Positions 8,903 through 16,541 of a DNA stretch of 64,000 nucleotides are shown here, piece after piece. The notes under the pieces were generated by a model that saw nothing but the letters and a program-made list of their open reading frames with translations, was not told the origin of the DNA and ran no database searches. The DNA is taken from assembly GCA_043812915.1 (NCBI GenBank), contig JBDRLQ010000007.1, forward strand, positions 1 through 64,000, given 5' to 3'. The number at the start of each line of letters is the position of its first letter. Position 1 is the first letter of the stretch. The position numbers were made by a program, and so were the translations under genes. Origin of the DNA: Candidatus Micrarchaeota archaeon. Its GTDB lineage: Archaea; Micrarchaeota; Micrarchaeia; Anstonellales; Bilamarchaeaceae.

Positions 8903-9647
8903 GCCTCCCAAGGACCCTGTGCGGCATGCCGTGCGCAATCAGCTCAATCGGGCACTGGTAGGTTTTCTCGATGAACTTCACGCCTTCCTTTGTTTTGCCG
9001 TGGTAGTAGAGCTTTACGTTGAGGCAGGCGATTTTCTCTATGTAAAATGACGCGGCTGTTATGTCATGCGTGATAATCACAATCGCCATGTCCTGTTTCA
9101 GTTTGTTCAGCAGCTCATAGAAGTTTTTCTGGGCCTCGGGGTCGATGCTCGATAGCGGCTCGTCGAGGAGGAGCAGCTCCGGTTTTTTTACCAGCGCCCT
9201 TGCGACAAGGACCCTTTGCAGCTGCCCTCCGGAAAGCTGGCTTATCTGCCTGTTGGATTGCGGCAGCATGCCCACCTTGTCCAGCGCATCCATGGCATCT
9301 TCCCGGTCCTCTTTGGTAAACCAGCTTCCAAAGCCCCTTTTTCCAAGCCGTCCCATCAGCGTAACCTCAAGCACGGTTATCGGAAAGTCCCTGTTGAAAG
9401 TTGCGACCTGCGGGACATATCCGACTTTGTCCCTTGCCTCCTTGGGGGATTTTCCGAAAACCTTTACCACTCCTTTTGCGGGCTTGAGCAGGCCCAGTAT
9501 TATCCTGAACAGGGTTGTCTTTCCCCCTCCGTTGGGGCCTATGATGCCGACCAGGTCCCTTTTTTCTATCGACAGATTGATATCGTGAAGCGCGGGCTGC
9601 TCATCATAGGAAAAACAGACCCCGCTCATCTCTATGGCATCGGACAT
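8895..9647 (-). CDS. znuC: Zn/Mn ABC transporter ATP-binding protein
   Basis: [24 protein letters not shown]-terminal [14 protein letters not shown]. Confidence 0.92.
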   Translation of the reverse strand: MSDAIEMSGVCFSYDEQPALHDINLSIEKRDLVGIIGPNGGGKTTLFRIILGLLKPAKGVVKVFGKSPKEARDKVGYVPQVATFNRDFPITVLEVTLMGRLGKRGFGSWFTKEDREDAMDALDKVGMLPQSNRQISQLSGGQLQRVLVARALVKKPELLLLDEPLSSIDPEAQKNFYELLNKLKQDMAIVIITHDITAASFYIEKIACLNVKLYYHGKTKEGVKFIEKTYQCPIELIAHGMPHRVLGRHD

Positions 9648-9684
9648 GGAAATCAAACTCGGTTGGAATAAATAAAAAGGCAGC

Positions 9685-10605
9685 CTATTCCATGGAACTG
9701 GCAAAGGCGTTTGCAATCTGCTGCATGTTGCGCAGGTAATCCTTGTCAAGCGGGTCTATGAGGACAACGCTTCCTCCGATTTGTCCGGCAACCGTCCGCG
9801 CGCTATCAGCGCTGAACTGCGGCGATGCGAAAATGACCTTTATGCCGTGTTCATCCGCCTCGTCTATTATGCGCTGCAGGTTCTGCGCGGTAGGCTCCTT
9901 TCCAGCTTCTTCCATCGCGACCTGCTCCAGGCCGTATTCATGCGCGAAATATCCCCAAGCAGGGTGGAAGACTATGAATTCCCCGTCCGTCTTGTTTTCA
10001 AGCGTAGCCAGTATGGAGGAATCCAGTGCATCGAGCCTGGCCATGTAATAATCGGCGTTCGCCTTGTAGTAGGCAGCGTTTTCAGGGTCTTCCGCAACAA
10101 GGGCTTCATATATGTTCTGAACCATGACAATGGCGTTCTTCGGCGAGTTCCATATATGGGGATCAAGGCCGGTGTGGGCATGCTCCTGCTCTTCCGCCCC
10201 CTGCGCGTCGCCTTCATGCTCATCATGCCCGTTTTCCATCTCGATAAGGGTGATGCCTCTTGAACAATCGATGATTTTCATGGAGGGATTGACGCCCTCT
10301 ATATCCGCCATCCAGGCATTTTCAAATTCCACGCCGGAGCCGACCTTGAAATACAATCCGGCAGCAGCAACTTCCGTAAGCTGGGACGGGGTAGGCTCAT
10401 ACGTGTGCGGGCTCGCCCCGGAAGGAATCATCACTATTACATCCACTTTCTCCCCGCCGACGTTTTCAACGAATTCCGCCTGCGGCATGATAGTTACCAC
10501 CACCTTCATCTTTTCCTGCTGCTCCGAAGGTTCTTCATGGCCCGTGCAGCCAGAGAGCATGGAGAGGAGCAGCATTACTGAAAGGAGAGCTATTTTTTCC
10601 ATCAT
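9685..10605 (-). CDS. znuA: Zn ABC transporter substrate-binding lipoprotein
   Basis: LSGC lipobox, SPHTYEP, His-rich loop, DPHIW, FHPAWGYF, IDPL. Confidence 0.92.
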   Translation of the reverse strand: MMEKIALLSVMLLLSMLSGCTGHEEPSEQQEKMKVVVTIMPQAEFVENVGGEKVDVIVMIPSGASPHTYEPTPSQLTEVAAAGLYFKVGSGVEFENAWMADIEGVNPSMKIIDCSRGITLIEMENGHDEHEGDAQGAEEQEHAHTGLDPHIWNSPKNAIVMVQNIYEALVAEDPENAAYYKANADYYMARLDALDSSILATLENKTDGEFIVFHPAWGYFAHEYGLEQVAMEEAGKEPTAQNLQRIIDEADEHGIKVIFASPQFSADSARTVAGQIGGSVVLIDPLDKDYLRNMQQIANAFASSME

Positions 10606-10636
10606 TGTTCACCTGAACCTTTTTTGGAAATATAGA

Positions 10637-10665
10637 TTAATAAATTTTTCCAACATAATTATTAA
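10637..10665. promoter_or_regulatory. Dyad TTAATAA-N15-TTATTAA overlapping divergent TATA boxes; candidate NikR-family operator
   Basis: Inverted 7-bp half-sites at 10637-10643 and 10659-10665, between znuA and the regulator operon. Confidence 0.55.
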
Positions 10666-10667
10666 CT

Positions 10668-10850
10668 ATGGGGAAAGGCAGCGGGAAAATTAATAAGAAA
10701 AGCGCGTTCGCGGGAAATGAATCCCTTGCGATGGGCGCATTATTCGCGCTTGGGCTCTTTGCATGCCCCCGCCCAATGTGCTTAGGAACGGCCGCGGCGC
10801 TCCTGCTAAACGGGATGAGGCAGAAGGCGATGGTGATTTTATGGAAATAA
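10668..10850 (+). CDS. Small membrane protein with CPxPxC motif
   Basis: Basic N-terminus, hydrophobic segment ALFALGLFACPRPMCLGTAAALLL; TTAATAAA 23 nt before the ATG; overlaps the regulator start. Confidence 0.5.
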   Translation: MGKGSGKINKKSAFAGNESLAMGALFALGLFACPRPMCLGTAAALLLNGMRQKAMVILWK

Positions 10851-11221
10851 TCTCAATCTCAATAGATAAGGGGACTTTGAATGACCTGAATAACACCCAG
10901 GAAAAGCTCGGATTCAAAAGCCGCTCGAAACTGCTAAGGGCTACAATAAGTTCGCTCCTGAACGAATATTCCGTTCTGGACGGGCTATCCGGCCACTGCG
11001 ACGTTGTTTTCACGGTAACCTTCGAGCAGCATAGTGGCGGGGGATTCGGCAGGATTATGAACGAATTCGAGGGGATAATACGGACCGAGATACACCAGCA
11101 CCATGCCAAGACGTGCCTGCGGGTGATTATAGTCTGCGGGGACGCCCGGAAGGTGAGGGATTTTTTCGTCGCACTGAAAAATGAGAAAGGGGCCAAATCG
11201 GTGGCCTACTCGGTTTTATGA
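10841..11221 (+). CDS. NikR-like RHH/ACT metal-responsive regulator
   Basis: IISISID..GFKSRSKLLR ribbon-helix-helix; HQH..CL in the C-terminal domain; GGTGA RBS. Confidence 0.85.
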   Translation: MEIISISIDKGTLNDLNNTQEKLGFKSRSKLLRATISSLLNEYSVLDGLSGHCDVVFTVTFEQHSGGGFGRIMNEFEGIIRTEIHQHHAKTCLRVIIVCGDARKVRDFFVALKNEKGAKSVAYSVL

Positions 11222-11276
11222 AATCCCGACGGTCCGGAAGCGCTAATTTTAATCCTATCGCGCGGAAATCACGATT

Positions 11277-12162
11277 ATGCCTGACTGGACAGTGACGGCC
11301 CTGATTGCGTTTTTCCTATTCGGCCTGCTGAATGTGATGCAGAAGATATACCGGAAAAAATCAAGCACTCGATGAGCCTGGTCATTCTTGTCGCATTTGG
11401 GGATTCTCTCCTGATGCTGCTTGCCTTGGTCAACGGCTTTTCGTGTCCTGATTTGCCCACTCTGCTTATCGGTATCTTCGCAGGTGTCCTCGGAGCCCTC
11501 GCGTTCATCCCATATATGGAGGCTATCCACAGGGAAGAAGTCTCGAGGGTGATTCTCCTGCTCAACCTCGTTCCTCTGTTCGTACTTGTAATCTCATTTT
11601 CTTTCTTGATGAAGTCCTTACTACTGCCCAATACGGGGCATTCGCATGCATCCTTGCGGGAGCGGTCCTAATCTCTATCCGGAGCTTCAAGGGGTTCCTG
11701 AAAATCAACAGGATGGTTGTGCTGCTAATTGGCATGTCCTCCTTCCTCTATGCCCTTCAGCTAATACTCTCAAAGTACGTGCTGACGAATATGGATTTCC
11801 TTGATGGTACTATCCTGATCGGGGGGAGCAACATGTTTGTTGTGATATCCCTTCTTCTTAGCCGCAGAACTCGGGGAAATGCTGTCGCTGACTTCCGCAG
11901 CACAGGAGCGCTTGCCATCATAGTCTTCATAGCCGTATCCATTGCAGCCGTGCTTATCTACTTTTATGCCCTGATGCAGGGAAGCTCTTCATTGATTAGC
12001 GTGCTCTCCGGATTCCAGATGGTCGCCGTCTTCGCAATCGCCACAATCCTTTCATTCCGCGCCCCGAATCTCCTCAGGGAGGAGACCCATCCGAAGCACC
12101 TGCTCCTCAAAGCCTTCGCGATAGCGCTTATGATTGCGGGCCTTGCGCTCATTTACCTCTGA
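11277..12162 (+). pseudogene. EamA/DMT transporter with two frameshifts
   Basis: Three consecutive hydrophobic segments (MPDWTVTALIAFF.., EEVSRVILL.., FLDEVLTTAQY..LIYL) joined by -1 shifts near 11350 and 11600. Confidence 0.85.
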
Positions 12163-12202
12163 GGCTGGCACAGCCCGGCTTCCCTTATAAGATTTTTTAA
12201 TG

Positions 12203-12252
12203 TGAATGGGTTAAATGATGGTTTAGCGGACAAACCGGCCACAGTTGATTTC
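12203..12252 (+). ncRNA. Probable Na+ riboswitch (DUF1646-type aptamer)
   Basis: GGGUU-AAAU-GA-[UGGUUU AGCGGAC AAACCG]-GCCACAG-UUG-AUUU directly upstream of a CPA2 antiporter; match is to the consensus as I recall it, not a CM search. Confidence 0.65.
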
Positions 12253-12271
12253 TATGAGTGAAGTAGCCGTA

Positions 12272-13456
12272 ATGGATAACATTCTGACGTTGATTCTGAT
12301 ACTGAGCGCTGCGAAAGTCGCCGGTTTCATAGCCGAGAGGCTGAGGCAGCCGGCGGTGCTCGGGGAATTGCTGATCGGCATCATCCTCGGGCCGAGCCTT
12401 CTTGGCCTTATCCATGGAGATGCCGAGGTGATTGTGTTCCTGGCGGAAGTGGGTGTCATACTGCTCCTTTTCGATGTGGGCCTCAAATCCAACATCGACG
12501 AGCTCCTTACCGCGGGAAAGACCTCGAGCATCGTCGCACTAATCGGTGTTGCCGCCCCGCTTGCCCTTGGATATATCTTTAGTACCGAATTCCTGCACCT
12601 TGACCCTGTGATCGCCTTCTTTGTCGGTGCAACGCTGACGGCTACCAGCGTCGGAGTCACCATGAGGGTGCTCAATGACATAGGAAAAGTCAGGAGCGAG
12701 GAGGGCAAGGTCATCCTGGGGGCGGCGGTCATTGACGACATACTGGGCCTGATACTCCTGTCCATTATTGTTGATATCGTGGCATCCGGAGGGCTCTCCA
12801 TGCTCAATGTTGGGAAGGTAAGCCTTCTGTCGGCCGCCTTCCTGGCAGCGAGCATTTTCTTCGGAATCAAGCTCACGCCAAGGATAATCGACCTGGCGGA
12901 ATACGTGCATGTGAAAAGAACATTCATCATCGGGGCTTTCATATTCGCCCTGGGACTTGCCTTTGTTGCCAACAGCATCGGCTTGGCCACAATCGTAGGG
13001 GCTTTCGCAGCGGGCCTTGTGCTTGAGAAGACCCAAAACAAGTTCCGCATCAAGAAAAAGGTCAAGCCAGTGGCGGACCTCTTCGTGCCCGTCTTCTTCG
13101 TGATGGCCGGCGTCATTGTTGACCTTTCTTCCATCACAAGCATGGGGATAATAATTGCCGGGCTGGTGCTTACCGCAATCGCCATTGTCGGCAAGCTGGT
13201 GGCAGGGCTCGGATGCATAGGAAGCAAGGCAAAGGCGCTTCCAGTTGCGGTCGGCATGATTCCGAGGGGTGAAGTCGGCCTCATCTTCGCGAGCTTCGGT
13301 CTTACCCATGAGCTCATCAAGGCGGACATGTACTCAATCCTGATTATCGTGATAATCCTTACCACGCTGATTACTCCTCCGCTGCTGATGAGGCTGATGC
13401 ATGAGGTAAACCATGAGGATGAGGCCAATCCAGAAGATGAACTGACGGCTCAGTAG
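12272..13456 (+). CDS. CPA2-family cation:proton (Na+/H+, KefB-like) antiporter
   Basis: QPAVLGELLIGIILGP, TATSVG, GAAVIDD, GAFAAG, PVFF, GMIPRGEV; alternative start 12254. Confidence 0.93.
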   Translation: MDNILTLILILSAAKVAGFIAERLRQPAVLGELLIGIILGPSLLGLIHGDAEVIVFLAEVGVILLLFDVGLKSNIDELLTAGKTSSIVALIGVAAPLALGYIFSTEFLHLDPVIAFFVGATLTATSVGVTMRVLNDIGKVRSEEGKVILGAAVIDDILGLILLSIIVDIVASGGLSMLNVGKVSLLSAAFLAASIFFGIKLTPRIIDLAEYVHVKRTFIIGAFIFALGLAFVANSIGLATIVGAFAAGLVLEKTQNKFRIKKKVKPVADLFVPVFFVMAGVIVDLSSITSMGIIIAGLVLTAIAIVGKLVAGLGCIGSKAKALPVAVGMIPRGEVGLIFASFGLTHELIKADMYSILIIVIILTTLITPPLLMRLMHEVNHEDEANPEDELTAQ

Positions 13457-13561
13457 TTTTTTCTTTTTTGGGCGCCGCCCTCCTCTCCTTATTTTTCCAA
13501 AAAATCCTCAGCAATAACGTTTTTATTTCTCCCCGCTGTAGCCTCATCTGAAAATTAGGTG

Positions 13562-13903
13562 ATGGTTATGGCAAGGGCTAATTTGGACAGAAATGAGAAA
13601 ACAGTGGTCGCCCTCCTTGGCGCCCTCGGGCTTATAATACTCCTTGGCGGGGTGCTGCTAGGCTACTATTCATTCACGCTCGGCTTTGTGCTGGCATTCT
13701 CCTTCTGGGTGCTGGCTGGCGTGATTAAGATAATGAAGGGCGGAAAGAGGGAAATTGGGTCCATCATGGGGCTGCTTGGCCTTGTTGTGCTGTTCATCGG
13801 CCTCTTCACGGACCTCTACGACTTCAATCTTGGGCTCTTTGGCGCGCTCGCAATATGGATCCTGAGCGGAGTGGTGGCAACCTATCTCGGGGCAAAGAAA
13901 TAG
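13562..13903 (+). CDS. Small 4-TM membrane protein with internal duplication
   Basis: Two similar halves (G.LGL..L..G....Y.F.LG...A...W.L.GV). Confidence 0.8.
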   Translation: MVMARANLDRNEKTVVALLGALGLIILLGGVLLGYYSFTLGFVLAFSFWVLAGVIKIMKGGKREIGSIMGLLGLVVLFIGLFTDLYDFNLGLFGALAIWILSGVVATYLGAKK

Positions 13904-13966
13904 CCCCACTATCATTTCATTTTGAAAAAAATGCCAGGGGCCTTTCTTACCATGCCCCATTCAACA

Positions 13967-15673
13967 TTATTCCGGGACACTGACCTTCAGGGGACTGGAT
14001 TCCACGCCGAAATTGCCTACCATGTCGGCCGCCTGGATGCTGTACCAGTAGGTTTCCCCCTGGATCACCCTCTCATCCTTGAAGTTGAGGCTGCTTGTGA
14101 TGCCTGCCCACACTTTGGAGCCATCACTATCCCTCCTATATATGTAGTAGGTCCTGACTCCGCTTCCAACGTCCTTTGCTGGGCTCCAATACAGGAATAC
14201 GGAAAAGGGGCTGGCTTTGGCTCCGATATTTGTCGGCGCCTCAGGGGCCTGCATGTCTAGGTATATCCTGCTGAACGCGGATGAAACGCCATAGTCATTC
14301 CTGCACTGGTAGTGCACAGTCTTGGCGCCAGTTGTGTCTGTCAGGGTAAATGTCTTCGAAGCGCTGTAGTCTTCCCATAGGGTCCACTCAAGCCCGTCTT
14401 CCCTGAGCCTGCATTGGTAGGCCCCCACCGCATTAAGCGTCAGGGAAACCAGGTTGCTCTCCGTGTACGCGTATCCTCCGTCAATCACGATGCTCATCTC
14501 TGAGGGGGGCTCTGTTGGCGCAAGGGAGTATCTTATGCCGGTGCTTACCGACCCAATCCCCTCGCCATTGCTTTTTCTGCAGTCCAGGAAGACGGCCTTC
14601 TCACCCTCGACGTCAGAGAGCATCCACGTCTTTTTCTTTTTGTATTTTTCCCACTCGCTCCAGGTTCCGCCGTCATTAGAATACCTGCACTCACTCGCGG
14701 CAAAAGCGTAAATGCCCAGCGTTACATTCCTGCTGTTGGTCCACGCATCCCCGTTGTTTATGGTTATTGAGATGTAGGGAGGGGGTGATGTGTCAAGGAC
14801 TATGCTGTCAGAAACACTCTCCGAGACAACGCCCTCAGCGTTCCTGCACTGCAGGTAGACGCTCTTCGTTCCGTCGTTGCCTGTTAGCTCCCAGCTCACT
14901 GTTGGCGAGTATGCAATCCACTCCCCCCACTCGTCCTTCGTATTCGATATCCTGCACTCTGAAGCTGTTGGCGATTCCATGCTGAGCGTGACATCCCTCT
15001 TATCAGTGTATCCTGAGCCGCCGTCTATCATGAGCTCCACTGCCGGAGACTTTACCAGCTCAAAGCTTACTGTCCGCTCCACTACTGCGGTTCCGCCCGC
15101 GCACCGAAGCTGCAGGGTATGACTTCCTCCAAGGCCCCTTATTGATATGTTCTGAATCCTCCCGGATGTCACAACCCCGATGCTTATCGGCTTCTGGTCA
15201 AGTTCGGCACTGCAGTTCAGTGATTCGGCAAACTGGTCCGTGGCGGTGAAGATGAGCCGGAACCTGTCCACGTAGCTTTCACCCGCGAGAGGGCTCTTAA
15301 TCTCAAGCTCCGGGGCCTGCCTGTCAAGGATGATGGTGGCCGCAACAGGGGCCGAAAGCTCGCCCTCGGAGTTCCTGCACTGGTAGAATACCTGTTTTAT
15401 ACCGTCCCCTCCGCCAAGCGTCCATTGCCTGCTTTGGGCGTACTGCTCCCAGCCGCCCCAGCTCTCACTATCTGTTCCGAGCCTGCATTCAGAGGCTCCT
15501 TCGGCGTACAGATGCAGTTCTACTGATTCGGTGTTGGCGTATCCTGAGCCTCCTGCGAATGAAATCTCCAAATCCCGCGGAGGCTCAAGGTCCGCAACTG
15601 GCGCAGCCGGCTGCGTGCAGCCGAAAAACAGCAATAATCCAAAAATGGCCAGCATCAGGTATTCTTTTTTCAT
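13967..15673 (-). CDS. Surface lipoprotein with four Ig-like repeats and C-terminal FN3 domain
   Basis: LFFGC lipobox; repeats I..G..YT....V.L..A.ECR..W..W..Y..W.L...G.K.V..QCR; FN3-like tail. Confidence 0.88.
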   Translation of the reverse strand: MKKEYLMLAIFGLLLFFGCTQPAAPVADLEPPRDLEISFAGGSGYANTESVELHLYAEGASECRLGTDSESWGGWEQYAQSRQWTLGGGDGIKQVFYQCRNSEGELSAPVAATIILDRQAPELEIKSPLAGESYVDRFRLIFTATDQFAESLNCSAELDQKPISIGVVTSGRIQNISIRGLGGSHTLQLRCAGGTAVVERTVSFELVKSPAVELMIDGGSGYTDKRDVTLSMESPTASECRISNTKDEWGEWIAYSPTVSWELTGNDGTKSVYLQCRNAEGVVSESVSDSIVLDTSPPPYISITINNGDAWTNSRNVTLGIYAFAASECRYSNDGGTWSEWEKYKKKKTWMLSDVEGEKAVFLDCRKSNGEGIGSVSTGIRYSLAPTEPPSEMSIVIDGGYAYTESNLVSLTLNAVGAYQCRLREDGLEWTLWEDYSASKTFTLTDTTGAKTVHYQCRNDYGVSSAFSRIYLDMQAPEAPTNIGAKASPFSVFLYWSPAKDVGSGVRTYYIYRRDSDGSKVWAGITSSLNFKDERVIQGETYWYSIQAADMVGNFGVESSPLKVSVPE

Positions 15674-15760
15674 GTAACCACGCTCTTGAATTGCGGACTA
15701 TATTTATTAATGTGACCCAATCCGCACGGCGGACGGGACTATAGAGTAGCGAATATTATT

Positions 15761-16540
15761 TCATTTTTTGATGAATAGACCTAGCGTGAGCAGCATGAGG
15801 AAAATTGCCGCGGGGCATCCTTCTGGCCTTGGAACGCATCTCCCGCCATCACAGCCATAGCCAGGAGGGCAGTCACTGCTTCTTGCGCATTCGGGAGCAG
15901 TGGAGATGCGTATGCAGCTTTGCCCGTCACATACATCCCCAAGGCCGTTCCTCTGGCAGTACTCATCGCTGGTGCATGAGTTTAGCTCAGCCTCCATCTC
16001 ATGGCTCAAATCAGACATGGGCTCCCCATCAAGCAGGATTCCGGCAGTCTCATTCGGCTCCCAGGAATAGTACTCCTCGGCCATCCTGGCTGCGGAATAC
16101 TTGGTGCTGAACCCCCTGAGCTCATCGGTTGACTCTATATAATCGGAATATGGCATTGCGAATACGATTTTCCAGTCCCCGCCCACCTTGTGCAGGAGGG
16201 AAACATAATCAAGGTCCTCCTCAAGCGTGCCCTCATACCCGCTAATCCTGCCCCGCATGCGGTATATTGCCAGCGAATAGTCGCCTTCGTCGTCAATCAC
16301 GTAATCCAGCCCTGATAGCAGGTATTCATCAGTGTCATAGCGCTTCCAGGTCTCAAGCGCAAGGTCCCGCGTCATTTCCACGGCCAAAGCATCCATATCC
16401 GTCTGGTCCAGGGATGCCATGTAGGTGCCGATGTCCTCGGCCATGGCAGCGTCATAATATGCCTTCAGGGCTCCATCCACCGTGTTGGCATGTGCGATTC
16501 CGCACAGCAGGACTGCAATTAATGCGATAGCGTATCTCAT
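15761..16540 (-). CDS. Secreted NTF2-like protein with Cys-rich region and C-terminal membrane anchor
   Basis: Signal peptide, YYDAAMAED..LHKVGGDWKI, two Cys-rich modules, CPAAIFLMLLTLGLFIKK tail. Confidence 0.8.
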   Translation of the reverse strand: MRYAIALIAVLLCGIAHANTVDGALKAYYDAAMAEDIGTYMASLDQTDMDALAVEMTRDLALETWKRYDTDEYLLSGLDYVIDDEGDYSLAIYRMRGRISGYEGTLEEDLDYVSLLHKVGGDWKIVFAMPYSDYIESTDELRGFSTKYSAARMAEEYYSWEPNETAGILLDGEPMSDLSHEMEAELNSCTSDEYCQRNGLGDVCDGQSCIRISTAPECARSSDCPPGYGCDGGRCVPRPEGCPAAIFLMLLTLGLFIKK

Positions 16541-16541
16541 A

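Noticed and set aside
10699..10780. Inverted repeats AAGCGCG/CGCGCTT and TTGGGC/GCCCAA as a regulatory RNA
   Set aside because: Better explained by the promoter-aligned 60-aa ORF; short GC-rich stems arise by chance. Not fully excluded
10826..10840. GGCGATGGTG resembling the 5' end of a fluoride riboswitch
   Set aside because: No complementary TCGCC or downstream conserved block; the GGTGA is the regulator's RBS
12223..13428. 401-aa antisense ORF and similar shadow ORFs (51427-52410, 22946-23767, 54656-55462)
   Set aside because: Mirror frames of well-supported GC-rich genes with no recognisable motifs
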